Shown here: positions 55,228 through 64,000 of the stretch, piece by piece | Numbering within the stretch: the first letter of the stretch is position 1 | Layout of the letters: every line of letters starts with the position of its first letter | Source: Candidatus Ozemobacteraceae bacterium | GTDB lineage: Bacteria; Muiribacteriota; Ozemobacteria; Ozemobacterales; Ozemobacteraceae | Length of the DNA: 64,000 nucleotides | Assembly (NCBI GenBank): GCA_965140445.1 | Contig: OZ223236.1 | Location: forward strand, 832,001 to 896,000 | Direction: 5' to 3' | The notes under the pieces: generated by a model | The model's database searches: none | Seen by the model: the letters and a program-made list of their open reading frames with translations, nothing else | What the model was told of the DNA's origin: nothing | Translations under genes and position numbers: made by a program

Positions 55228-58200
55228 TTATCTAACGGGAGGATTCACTTCCTTTATTAATGAGCCATCTGTTTCGCTCATTATGAGGATGGCAAATTTT
55301 TCTACTCCATCAAGCTGGTTTGTACTTAAAGAAGCGTAATCAAATTTGCCTCTAAGGTCTGTGTATCCATCTTTGTAGAAAGTTGTCTGGCCATTTTTCA
55401 TCTTTGAATAGACTTTTACATATACTTTAGCCAGAGGCTTTTTCTCTGTTTTGCTGGAAACCTTAACTATTCCGTAGTTTTCTATCATCTGAATCAGCAT
55501 GGAATTTGGATAGTAAGATTTGGATTTGATGATTCCCGGCCCTTCAATCTCAATCATGAGATTTTTGTCTGCAAGGTTTTCAGGAATTTTGATGATTTGA
55601 TTTTCAGTATCCTTATTGAGCTTTACAGTCAAGGTCTGATTTGGCTGAATAATAGAGAATTGGGTAGATTCACTTTGAACAAATGGATTTCTTGAGAACA
55701 TTAACTCAATGTCCATTGAGTAGAACTTTACACTTACTTGTTCAAGATTCTTGTAAGCAATTTTTATGTCTTTTTCGTCTATCTCGAATTCGAAATTAGG
55801 CTGAGTTTCTGCCAGGAGATTTTGCTTTTGATCTCTGCTTTCTGTGTCAGTTATCTTAGCGCTTTCACCATTTATCTCTTCAACCTGAGAAATGATATCG
55901 TTAAAGACATTTCGCCATTTATTTACGGGGTAGTTTTTGTAGTTTTCTGCTATTTTTAATGCTTTTTCTGGTTCTTGATTTGAGAAAGCCAACCAGGCTT
56001 TCATGTAATCGAACTGCATTTTTTCACTAATCTCACTTGGCTCAATTTCGCTGAAGAGTTTACTTGCTTCTTCAATTCTGTCCTGTAAAAGAAGGTAGTA
56101 AGTCGCGGCAAGCTTATCGTATGCCGAAAGTTTTGGGTGGTAGCGAAGATCATTGTTGAATTCACGATACTGAAGCCCAAGCTGTTGGTTGAGTATTTCC
56201 CGCTTTTTCCCCAATTTGAATGATCTGGCGTTAATAAGTGGAAGATATTCTTTGTGTTGATACTTGAATCTTTCAATTGGGTTAATAACAAGGAGTTCAC
56301 TATTTAGTGTGCTTCCGCTTTGTTCTGCCAGGTTCGAGAAACTCAAAAATTCTTTAATCACTTCTTTGTTGCGATGAAAAATTCCATAGGACCAGACGGT
56401 ATTATGAAACTTATGTCGTTTTTTCAACAGACTATAGAGATCTTCAAAGAATGTTTTGTCTTTGAGTCTGAACGCTGCAAGATTTAGATCAAATCTTTCG
56501 ATATTGTTTTTGTTTAAGAAATCTATGACATCTTTGTTGGAACCGTTTTGAGAGATGTAAGGCCAGGAGGTTTTGTCTACCTGAGTAAGCTCGTCAACCA
56601 CATTGAAAACAAATGCTTTGTTTGCTGCGATTAACTTCTCATTTTCAGAAACCTGAACAGGGTAGTGATTGAATTTTCCTTTAAAAGGAAAGTAAAAATA
56701 GTATTCATGCGTTTTTGTGGAGAAAGGATCGATTTGCATGTGAATGCTTCGAGTATAATTGGATTTATCCACTGGTATTGAACCTTGTGGAATTTGAATC
56801 AAAACATCTACTTTTTTTTGAGACGATGTTGGATTGGTTAAAACGATCTGGCAGCCATAAACTCTACGCGTCTGGAATTCTTCAGTTACAAATTTGTCAA
56901 AACGCTGATTTCTGTCGTAGAAATATCTGTCGTCGCGCGCAAAAAAGTTCTGACCAGTCAAGATGCTTTGGCTTTTTTCAAAACTCTTGGCTTCACGGAT
57001 TTCACGATGAAAGAGAATCATGTTGCTTCCTGGAGTTAAGGAAAGAACCAGTTTGTCTAATGCTGTTTCATGCTTTTCTGCTTTGAATGGCAGATCAAGA
57101 ACCGATAAGGCAAACATCATCTCGGAGAAATTTCCGGCCGCATGGGCAAAGTTTTTTGAATAGAATGGGTGTGAATTTTCTATTCCGGCATAGTCTTTCC
57201 AGAATTCGTTAACCTTGATTAGATTGCCTGTTTGCTGTTCTATTGGAATCTGATAGTAGTTGTTTTCTACCCACTCTTCCGTTTTTTCCAGCTGTTTAAA
57301 TAGCTGTCTGACCTTATCTCTTCTTCTTGCATCGCTTTTAAAACCAGCTATTGCGCCATCATCTTCATCGGACATGAGCAAAGCTTTTTTTTCGGCGAAT
57401 CTTCTTTTGGATTTAGGACTCAGCATTCGAGCTGAAGGTGCAGGGGCAGCCGCAGAAGCAAATCCCTCGGCTTCCATAAGCTCTTCTCTTGGCTCAGCTA
57501 TTTCGTTTAATTCCATTTTGTTAGCTCTTGCTGATCTGAATGCCGATTGTGGTTTTATTGGGGCACTTCTAATCTGCCTTAGAGCATCCTGAATTCCAAG
57601 GCTGTCATCAGAGTCCAAAGCATTGCCTTTTAAAGCTGTTTTGAAAAGTTCATTGAACTTTTCCACATCTGGAGGAATCATGTCAAAGAGATCTTCAACA
57701 TGGCGCCTGGTAGACGTAGAGATGACTTTCAGTTTTTGCCCAAGGAGTATCTTTTCAACAATATTTAGTCTGTTGAATTTCCAGGGTTCCAGATATTCTG
57801 TTAGATCTTTATCCAGAAGCCAATTGTCCAAAAAGGTCTTGTCTCTTTTATTTGCAATATATGGCTTTATTATGTCATTGAAGAATTTTTTATCCTTCTT
57901 GAAAATAAAGAAGTTGAGCTCGTGACAGGAATATTTTGAGTAATTTTCAAGTTTGGCTTTCTCGTCCATTTCAGGCCAGTTAAGAATGAAGTTAAACTCG
58001 GTGAGCTTCTTGTCGGATGTAATAGTTGAAAACAATCTATAGACTGATTGCAATGAGTCAAACATTTCGAACTTTGCTGCTCTAACATCTTGAATCTGGA
58101 ATTTCTTTTTGGCTTCCAGAACTGAAACAATTTTTTGCTCTGTGAAGTTCTTTTTAGCATCAAAAGCTTTTTGCAGCCTTAGATCTTTGTAAGATTCCTC

Positions 58201-61200
58201 GATGCTTTTTGTGCTGGTTTGGCGATACACAGAACCTCTCTCGTCCAGAGCAATAAAGTGAAGGTGCTGTAATTGAGCTGCTTTTGAAATATCTATTTCA
58301 ATCTTCCCGCCAGCGTCAGGTTTCATGTTTTCTACTAACAGAGCTGGGACGGTTAAAAAGTCAATGTAAGAATAGTCTTCGAGAGATGCTGTGCTTCTTT
58401 CAAGCTGTGAGCCATAGCTTCCACCCATATCCTTCATGGAATCGGATTGGGGTCGGCCTTTCCAATCGTCTCCACTCGCTGCTGTTCTTGTGCTTGTATC
58501 TGTTTTCCGTATGCTCCATGGATTGAGCAATAATCCTGGACGTTTCAGCATATTGCCTGGGTAGATCCGGGAGTATTTTCTTTCCAATATGTATCTAAAT
58601 TCTTCGCTGATGGTTCTTCCTGAAAGATATTGCGAAATAGCAGGAATTCTATGTTTTCCAATCTGGCTACTATGTTGAAAAAGTCCAATGTTTTCAAAAA
58701 CGCTGAATTCAGGGAGAAATCTTGTCGCAATAAAGTGTAGGCGAGTGTTTTGGTTAGTATTTACCAGCTCAACAACTGCTTTTTTGCTCTTTTCGTCAAT
58801 TTTTATTGAAGAAATTTGCACCTGACGTGGGGTTACAGAGTCATAGAATCTTGTTTTTGATAAAACTGCTTCTGATGACAAATCTGTTTTTAAAATTTTA
58901 ACTGATATGGCTTTTTGTTCTTCCTTTAGAAATAACTCAAAATCTCCTGGGGGAAGGTCGTTAACAATGATGTTGCCTTTCCGGATATTTGCGTATTCTC
59001 GATAGTCTGCGCTGTATTTCCCGTTTTTTAGCTCATAAAGAGAAAACTGGCTTTCGGCAGGCAAATCTTCATTTCCCATAAATGGAACTACAATTATTGA
59101 GCCCGCTTTTGAAACTATTTCGGACGGTGTGGTGTGAGCATTTTTTACAGGGTAAAATTTCTTTTGTGTGCCTGAGGAGTTTGTGAGGTTAATCCATTCG
59201 ATTTCCTCAAGGTTGCCTAGACTAATAATACCTTTTTCATTGGTTTGCAAACTTAGGCTAAGGCTTCTCCTGAAATCACGATGTTTAATTTCAAGATTGA
59301 TAGCTTTGTCTACTACCGGCTCCCCGCTTCTTCCGAGTAAAAGAGCAGAATATTCATTGTTTTCCTTTTTGATAAAGAAATCTTCAATTTTCTCTGTACT
59401 ACAGATCTTATTGATAGAAAAGCTTCTTGAGAAGCTAAGATCCTGTTTTTTACCGAGGCTCAGATTTTCAATTTGTGCAGTGATAGAAAAACTAATGTTG
59501 GTAAGCTTTTCAGGTATTTTAAATTCGTAGGTTGTTTCTTTGTCGTTATAAAGTTTAAGGTCTCTGATGTCTTTGGAGGATGAAACTCCCTCCAGATCAG
59601 TTGTGGCTATTCTGAGACTTATGTTTTTCAAAAGATTTACATCAGCAATTAAGCCATTGATTCGGAAATCAGGTCTGTAAATTACCTTTGCTTTTTCCCC
59701 TTCAATCATTGCTTCTCTTTCAATAAAGAAGCCGCCGTTGAGGCTGTAATTTTCAGGCATATGGTTAAAGGTATGAAATGCTGCGAAATTTCCATGGCGG
59801 ATTATGATTTTGTTTCTTGCTGGTTTAGTGCTGTATGGAATTGTAATCTTGCCTTCTTCATCTGGTTTGAATTCATTTCCATTCATCCAGACCGTTGCAG
59901 TATTGACGTTTTGGCCATTTTCATCAAATACGGTTAGTATGTGTCCTGCTGTGCTTTTTCTTTCAACATAGAATAGCTGCCCTTTTCGGATCAATGCTCT
60001 GCTACTTTTCCCATTGCCGATCAGTTCAACGACATAAACTCCTCTGTCTGCGAGGTTAGGTAAGGAGAAAGTTTCATCGTGTCTTACAAAATCAGGAAGG
60101 TTATATTCAAAAACTTTTTCTTCGTTTGCAACAAGTCCGTCTAAGTCTACCGCGGTTGAGACTTCGGCTTTTTTATCCCGATAATAATTCAAAATGTTTA
60201 GTTTATAAATTTTAAGAATCAGCTTTTTTACATTTTTTACTCTGACATTAAGTGAAACCTGGTCGCTGGTTTTTAGATAACTTGAGTTTGTTGGCAAAAA
60301 CTCTAATTCGATTTTTTCTTTGATTCTTTTTACGTCAGTTGGTGATAACCAGGAATACCATTTTTCAAGGTCGCCTTTGTTATTCAAGATCATTGTTTCA
60401 GCGCAAAGCTTTTTGAGGTAATTGTGATTTATGTAGTTCTCAAATTCTGAAAAATTGTCATTTTCAAGAAGGAATTTTTCAATGAATGCTTTTATCAGCT
60501 CTTCGTCTTTTCCAATTGGTGGCATGAGCGTCAATCTTCTGAAATCAGAATAGAGGTTTGCGTTGTTTCTTCTGTTTTCTGCTCTTCTTAAATAACTCCT
60601 GTTCATGTAGGAAACATTTCTGGGAAGTTTCAAATATTCCATGAAGCGTGAGCGATCATATTTACCCTGTTCCATATCTAGTTTAAGGATGTGGTAAAGA
60701 ATGTGTGCTTTTAGTGAGTTAAAAGACGGGGCAAGGTCTTTGCAGAATTTCCACATTTTTTCAAGATACGCAGATCTGACTTTATTATCATATTCAGGAT
60801 TTTCATCCTGGCCCGGCTGTAGCCTTGATATTACTTCATTTACATAGTTGTTTTGATTAATCAGGCCTGGCATAAGCTGTCTGCATTCTTCAAGCTGTGA
60901 TAGAAGAAGTTTATTGTGAATAGGAATAGATCCAAATCCGCCACTGTATTTGTGATTTAGATCTTCAACTATTAATCTGGGAAGGTTTTTTCCTTCAGGG
61001 CGTTCCATTCTTTTGAGCAGGTCTCTACGCTGGTCCGGGTTAAGTGGGTATTCGATAAGACTTTCTATAGCTTTATTTTCCACACCAGAAAGATCACTGT
61101 AAGTGCTGAGAGCATTTCTTAAGAATGCTGATCGACTTATCAGATCTTTTCTCAGGCTGGTTGGATATTGAACAGAATTTTTTTCTTTATTGCGTTGATG

Positions 61201-61572
61201 GTTAAAATAAAGTCCCAGTCTGTCTCTAATTAGCTTTATGCTTTTGTCTGGATCTTGGGAATATGTAAGCAGGGCTTGTCTATTTCTAATTTCTTCAACT
61301 CTTTGTGTGTAGCGATACTTTTTTATCCATTGCTTGAGCATGTTTTCTACTTCCGCATATTTACCTTCATTTTGGAAGTTTAAGCAGTTAAAGTAGAAGT
61401 AATCTTCGGTTCCTGGGATTAGTTGTTTTAAAGGAATCGACCTGTCTGGAGCGAGGCCGAATTCTTCTTCAAAACCAATGTTGACCGCTGCATTGGCAGA
61501 AATCAATTGAACGAACACCAGGCAAAGAGAAGCCAGAATTAATTTACAAAAGAGTTTGCGGGAACTAGTCAT
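55228..61572 (-). CDS. Giant secreted hypothetical protein (2114 aa), possibly alpha-2-macroglobulin-like MG-domain architecture
   Basis: Signal peptide ending ANA; RBS GGAGG; beta-rich MG-like segments (GVYVVEL, TNEKG, TDLRG); central low-complexity region. Confidence 0.6.
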   Translation of the reverse strand: MTSSRKLFCKLILASLCLVFVQLISANAAVNIGFEEEFGLAPDRSIPLKQLIPGTEDYFYFNCLNFQNEGKYAEVENMLKQWIKKYRYTQRVEEIRNRQALLTYSQDPDKSIKLIRDRLGLYFNHQRNKEKNSVQYPTSLRKDLISRSAFLRNALSTYSDLSGVENKAIESLIEYPLNPDQRRDLLKRMERPEGKNLPRLIVEDLNHKYSGGFGSIPIHNKLLLSQLEECRQLMPGLINQNNYVNEVISRLQPGQDENPEYDNKVRSAYLEKMWKFCKDLAPSFNSLKAHILYHILKLDMEQGKYDRSRFMEYLKLPRNVSYMNRSYLRRAENRRNNANLYSDFRRLTLMPPIGKDEELIKAFIEKFLLENDNFSEFENYINHNYLKKLCAETMILNNKGDLEKWYSWLSPTDVKRIKEKIELEFLPTNSSYLKTSDQVSLNVRVKNVKKLILKIYKLNILNYYRDKKAEVSTAVDLDGLVANEEKVFEYNLPDFVRHDETFSLPNLADRGVYVVELIGNGKSSRALIRKGQLFYVERKSTAGHILTVFDENGQNVNTATVWMNGNEFKPDEEGKITIPYSTKPARNKIIIRHGNFAAFHTFNHMPENYSLNGGFFIEREAMIEGEKAKVIYRPDFRINGLIADVNLLKNISLRIATTDLEGVSSSKDIRDLKLYNDKETTYEFKIPEKLTNISFSITAQIENLSLGKKQDLSFSRSFSINKICSTEKIEDFFIKKENNEYSALLLGRSGEPVVDKAINLEIKHRDFRRSLSLSLQTNEKGIISLGNLEEIEWINLTNSSGTQKKFYPVKNAHTTPSEIVSKAGSIIVVPFMGNEDLPAESQFSLYELKNGKYSADYREYANIRKGNIIVNDLPPGDFELFLKEEQKAISVKILKTDLSSEAVLSKTRFYDSVTPRQVQISSIKIDEKSKKAVVELVNTNQNTRLHFIATRFLPEFSVFENIGLFQHSSQIGKHRIPAISQYLSGRTISEEFRYILERKYSRIYPGNMLKRPGLLLNPWSIRKTDTSTRTAASGDDWKGRPQSDSMKDMGGSYGSQLERSTASLEDYSYIDFLTVPALLVENMKPDAGGKIEIDISKAAQLQHLHFIALDERGSVYRQTSTKSIEESYKDLRLQKAFDAKKNFTEQKIVSVLEAKKKFQIQDVRAAKFEMFDSLQSVYRLFSTITSDKKLTEFNFILNWPEMDEKAKLENYSKYSCHELNFFIFKKDKKFFNDIIKPYIANKRDKTFLDNWLLDKDLTEYLEPWKFNRLNIVEKILLGQKLKVISTSTRRHVEDLFDMIPPDVEKFNELFKTALKGNALDSDDSLGIQDALRQIRSAPIKPQSAFRSARANKMELNEIAEPREELMEAEGFASAAAPAPSARMLSPKSKRRFAEKKALLMSDEDDGAIAGFKSDARRRDKVRQLFKQLEKTEEWVENNYYQIPIEQQTGNLIKVNEFWKDYAGIENSHPFYSKNFAHAAGNFSEMMFALSVLDLPFKAEKHETALDKLVLSLTPGSNMILFHREIREAKSFEKSQSILTGQNFFARDDRYFYDRNQRFDKFVTEEFQTRRVYGCQIVLTNPTSSQKKVDVLIQIPQGSIPVDKSNYTRSIHMQIDPFSTKTHEYYFYFPFKGKFNHYPVQVSENEKLIAANKAFVFNVVDELTQVDKTSWPYISQNGSNKDVIDFLNKNNIERFDLNLAAFRLKDKTFFEDLYSLLKKRHKFHNTVWSYGIFHRNKEVIKEFLSFSNLAEQSGSTLNSELLVINPIERFKYQHKEYLPLINARSFKLGKKREILNQQLGLQYREFNNDLRYHPKLSAYDKLAATYYLLLQDRIEEASKLFSEIEPSEISEKMQFDYMKAWLAFSNQEPEKALKIAENYKNYPVNKWRNVFNDIISQVEEINGESAKITDTESRDQKQNLLAETQPNFEFEIDEKDIKIAYKNLEQVSVKFYSMDIELMFSRNPFVQSESTQFSIIQPNQTLTVKLNKDTENQIIKIPENLADKNLMIEIEGPGIIKSKSYYPNSMLIQMIENYGIVKVSSKTEKKPLAKVYVKVYSKMKNGQTTFYKDGYTDLRGKFDYASLSTNQLDGVEKFAILIMSETDGSLIKEVNPPVR

Positions 61573-61625
61573 GATACCTCCAAAAGGCCTTTTTAAGAAA
61601 GCAAAGCCGTTTTTATATTTTATCT

Positions 61626-61649
61626 AACGTGATTTGTTTTTTCCGGATT
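61626..61649 (-). promoter_or_regulatory. Putative ECF-sigma promoter AATCC-N15-CGTT
   Basis: TAAATCC-N15-CGTT upstream of the 2114-aa gene. Confidence 0.55.
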
Positions 61650-61817
61650 TACTTTTATATGACTATTCAATCAAAACGCTTGGACAAAAGCAATCTAAAC
61701 GATTGTCTTTTTTAGGCACGTTTCTTTAAAAATTTAGTTTTTACAAAATTGGATGATCGCTTTTAACCTTTCTTTGTGTTAAAAGTGTAAAACTTCTTAA
61801 TAAGGTGAATAAATCAT

Positions 61818-62228
61818 ATGACAGGCTGGCTTATACCTGCTATTCTTGCTCTTTGTATCTGGGGGTTCTGGGGATTGTTTCCCAGGCTGGCTTGTGCGCA
61901 TATTAACCCTTCCAGTGCATTGGTGTTTCAAACTCTTGGTAGTATCGTTATGGTTTTGATTGTTTTGCTTACAACCAGGTTCAAGCTTGAAACTCATTCA
62001 AGGGGAATATTGTTCGCATTGCTTGGAGGTGCCGCCGGAACTCTGGGAAGCGCGTTCTATAACATTGCTGCCAAGAATGGTAAAATCTCTGTAGTAGTAG
62101 CACTTACGGCAATGTATCCTGTTGTGACTATATTGCTTTCTTATTTCTGGCTTGGAGAGCCGCTAACCAAAAAGACATTGGCAGCTATTTCACTGGCAAT
62201 GTCTTCAATAATTGTATTATCCCTTTAG
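61818..62228 (+). CDS. EamA/DMT-family small transporter (single repeat)
   Basis: Five TM helices; WGFWG, GKISVVVALTAMYPVVT, LGEPL. Confidence 0.88.
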   Translation: MTGWLIPAILALCIWGFWGLFPRLACAHINPSSALVFQTLGSIVMVLIVLLTTRFKLETHSRGILFALLGGAAGTLGSAFYNIAAKNGKISVVVALTAMYPVVTILLSYFWLGEPLTKKTLAAISLAMSSIIVLSL

Positions 62229-62236
62229 ATTGGTTT

Positions 62237-62620
62237 TTATTTTCGAATTTCTGAAGGTTTCTCTGGAATAGGGTTTTCAACTGACCCGTGTTTTTTACAA
62301 TAGATTTCAAACTCGTTATTTTTATCTGTTCTGTATATGAGCAGGCAATTTTTGTCTGGCATTTCAAGAGGTTCTTTCAGATACTTACCTTCTAAGAGTA
62401 ACCCCGCTTTGCTCATGTAGTCGTCTTTTTTAATCCCTTTCAGGGTATTTGTGTGGTCCATGTTATACATTTCTATCGCACCCCTTAAGACTCTTTGATT
62501 AGCCATGCAGGAGCGAAATGGGTGTTCGCATTTTCCAGGGGGAGAAAATTTGTAAGCCAGAACCAATGTTCCGCAAAAAAATAAAACGAATACCAGGACA
62601 AATCGGAAGAAAGCTTTCAT
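62237..62620 (-). CDS. Type IV pilin/pseudopilin-like protein (head domain with simple N-terminal anchor)
   Basis: CMANQRVLRGAIEMYNMD...KYLK...C...YCKKHG; ATG 62620 overlaps the upstream stop (ATGA). Confidence 0.65.
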   Translation of the reverse strand: MKAFFRFVLVFVLFFCGTLVLAYKFSPPGKCEHPFRSCMANQRVLRGAIEMYNMDHTNTLKGIKKDDYMSKAGLLLEGKYLKEPLEMPDKNCLLIYRTDKNNEFEIYCKKHGSVENPIPEKPSEIRK

Positions 62621-63237
62621 TCCAGGATGCCTCCCCATTCAACAGCAACAAAACCGGATCTTTTTGGGGTAGTTATCCGGGGAGGTAAAAGCTTGGTTGG
62701 GGCGGTAGTTTCTTTAAAGTAAAAAAGTGCTCTGATAAGAGTGTCCGGTTTGGGGTTGATTTCCAGCCCCAGCTTTTTATTTATAAAGTTTTCCGGCATT
62801 AGAAACACGTCGTAAGTCTCATGTTTGTTCAGTTGTTTTAGCCAGTAACTCTTAAAATCACTGATTTCGATTTCATTGAATCCAAGTTTCTTGAGAGTGT
62901 TGTTCATCCAGGGTTCCAGGTCGGCTTTTTTTACTGTCCACCCGTTTTCAGGAATGGATGAAACAATCAGGTCGGCTTCATAAAAAAGATGCGGGAAAGT
63001 TGCATTTCCGAACAATAATTTTCCATCAGGATTTGCGATAAGCTCCCAGCTTTCGTCGTAATCTGGAATTGCCGAAGATAATTTCCCGTCAATGTTGAGT
63101 TTTACAGAAACCTTCTGTTGTGAAACGGGATACAGGTAAAGCACCGGTTCTCTTGCTTTGCGGAAATTTGGTGCTGCAATCATGGCGAAAAAAATCCCTA
63201 AAAAAGCAGCAAGAATATCAAGACTGTTAATTTTCAT
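62617..63237 (-). CDS. Hypothetical protein of the 'KPVIYLYP...VVEWGG' family with pilin-like N-terminal helix
   Basis: PVLYLYP, LFYEA, EI.DF.SYW, PKPDTLIR, GFVAVEWGG; N-terminus AMIAAPNFRKARE. Confidence 0.7.
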   Translation of the reverse strand: MKINSLDILAAFLGIFFAMIAAPNFRKAREPVLYLYPVSQQKVSVKLNIDGKLSSAIPDYDESWELIANPDGKLLFGNATFPHLFYEADLIVSSIPENGWTVKKADLEPWMNNTLKKLGFNEIEISDFKSYWLKQLNKHETYDVFLMPENFINKKLGLEINPKPDTLIRALFYFKETTAPTKLLPPRITTPKRSGFVAVEWGGILE

Positions 63238-63272
63238 AGCTGTCTCCAGCGCCTGGTTTTTGTGGCTCTTAT

Positions 63273-63680
63273 TTAGATTCCGGGAAGAATAAATCTAATT
63301 CCAACATTCAACACTGCCAACAGAAAAGAAGCTATGAAGGCAGTAACCACCGAATCCATCTCGAAGTCCTGCATTAATTTGTCGATGATGATCAGAAGAA
63401 TAGCGGAAACTCCAAAAACGGTAATGAATGTGGACACAAGAAGCCCACTAGCTGCAAGTATTGGCCCGATAAGTGGAATAAAAGCCAGTATCGTAAGGGC
63501 TAGTCCAATTACAGCGGCTATAGGGATCATAAAAAAGCCAAGAACTGCCATTAAAACGCTGTAAGACGCAGAAATTGCCAGGGCAGTGCCGTCATTTTTT
63601 ATGCGAAAGCCGGGCAAAATTTTTGAAATCAGAAAAAAGACTACTGAATTTATTATCAGGGTTACAATAGCGCTTATCAT
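63273..63680 (-). CDS. 4-TM phage-holin-like family membrane protein (YvlD-like)
   Basis: ILPGFRIK...AL, FEMDSVVTAF patterns; start ATG 63680 after GGAGGAG; no phage context. Confidence 0.7.
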   Translation of the reverse strand: MISAIVTLIINSVVFFLISKILPGFRIKNDGTALAISASYSVLMAVLGFFMIPIAAVIGLALTILAFIPLIGPILAASGLLVSTFITVFGVSAILLIIIDKLMQDFEMDSVVTAFIASFLLAVLNVGIRFILPGI

Positions 63681-63799
63681 TAAAACTCCTCCCAAAGAAA
63701 TCCTTTACATATTCTATATTATTTGCACGAAAAAGTCACAAATGCTGTTTTTTTAAGTTTTCAGGAGGTAAGTTCAGGGTGAGCTTTGGCTCTGGAGGT

Positions 63800-64000
63800 C
63801 TACTTTTTTACGAGTTGTTTATAAATCTGCTGTTCTGGATAGAGCTCGAATAGTTCAGCAAATCTTTTGATGGCTGGAATATTTGCCAGGAACAGGTTTG
63901 CGGCGTTTTCGGTTATTATCAGCGTTTGTTCCAGGCTGAAAATTTCTTTGAATTCTGTTGCCAGGCGGGGATGTCGACCAAGTTTCCCTCCAACCAGAAT
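63800..64000 (-). CDS. C-terminal fragment of a nitrite/sulfite reductase 4Fe-4S domain protein (truncated by window edge)
   Basis: Manual translation ILVGGKLGRHPRLATEFKEIFSLEQTL...KRFAELF...KK*. Confidence 0.6.
   Translation of the reverse strand: MLVGGKLGRHPRLATEFKEIFSLEQTLIITENAANLFLANIPAIKRFAELFELYPEQQIYKQLVKK

Noticed and set aside
63273..63680. Holin-like gene as evidence of a prophage
   Set aside because: This family is commonly chromosomal; no endolysin, integrase or structural phage genes are present.

Overview
This is an AT-rich, gene-dense bacterial chromosomal segment with about 55 CDS. I saw no rRNA, tRNA, CRISPR array, IS element or prophage. The pilin-like motif at 62.2-63.2 kb suggests Candidatus Riflebacteria, but that is an unverified inference. 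Metabolic loci are an XdhD/YgfM-like molybdenum hydroxylase operon, a five-gene sarcosine-oxidase/proline-dehydrogenase-like cluster, and a phoA-CXXC peptide-4Fe-4S membrane protein operon. The window also encodes two class III adenylate cyclases, type IV pilus-related genes, many secreted peptidases, a single-NBD Clp ATPase, rluB, mnmA and a 2114-aa secreted protein. Most notable: (1) a PilB ATPase carrying an MshEN motif and a C-terminal histidine-kinase-type HATPase domain; (2) a Mo-hydroxylase with histone-H1-like tails at both ends; (3) three promoter classes readable in the intergenic DNA, namely sigma70 (three apparently leaderless genes), a sigma28-like set on non-flagellar genes, and an exact AATCC-N15-CGTT ECF-like motif found three times; (4) a pilin apparently split around a different domain; (5) a 48-aa CXXC protein missing from the ORF track. 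All family assignments come from manual motif recognition; no database searches were run.
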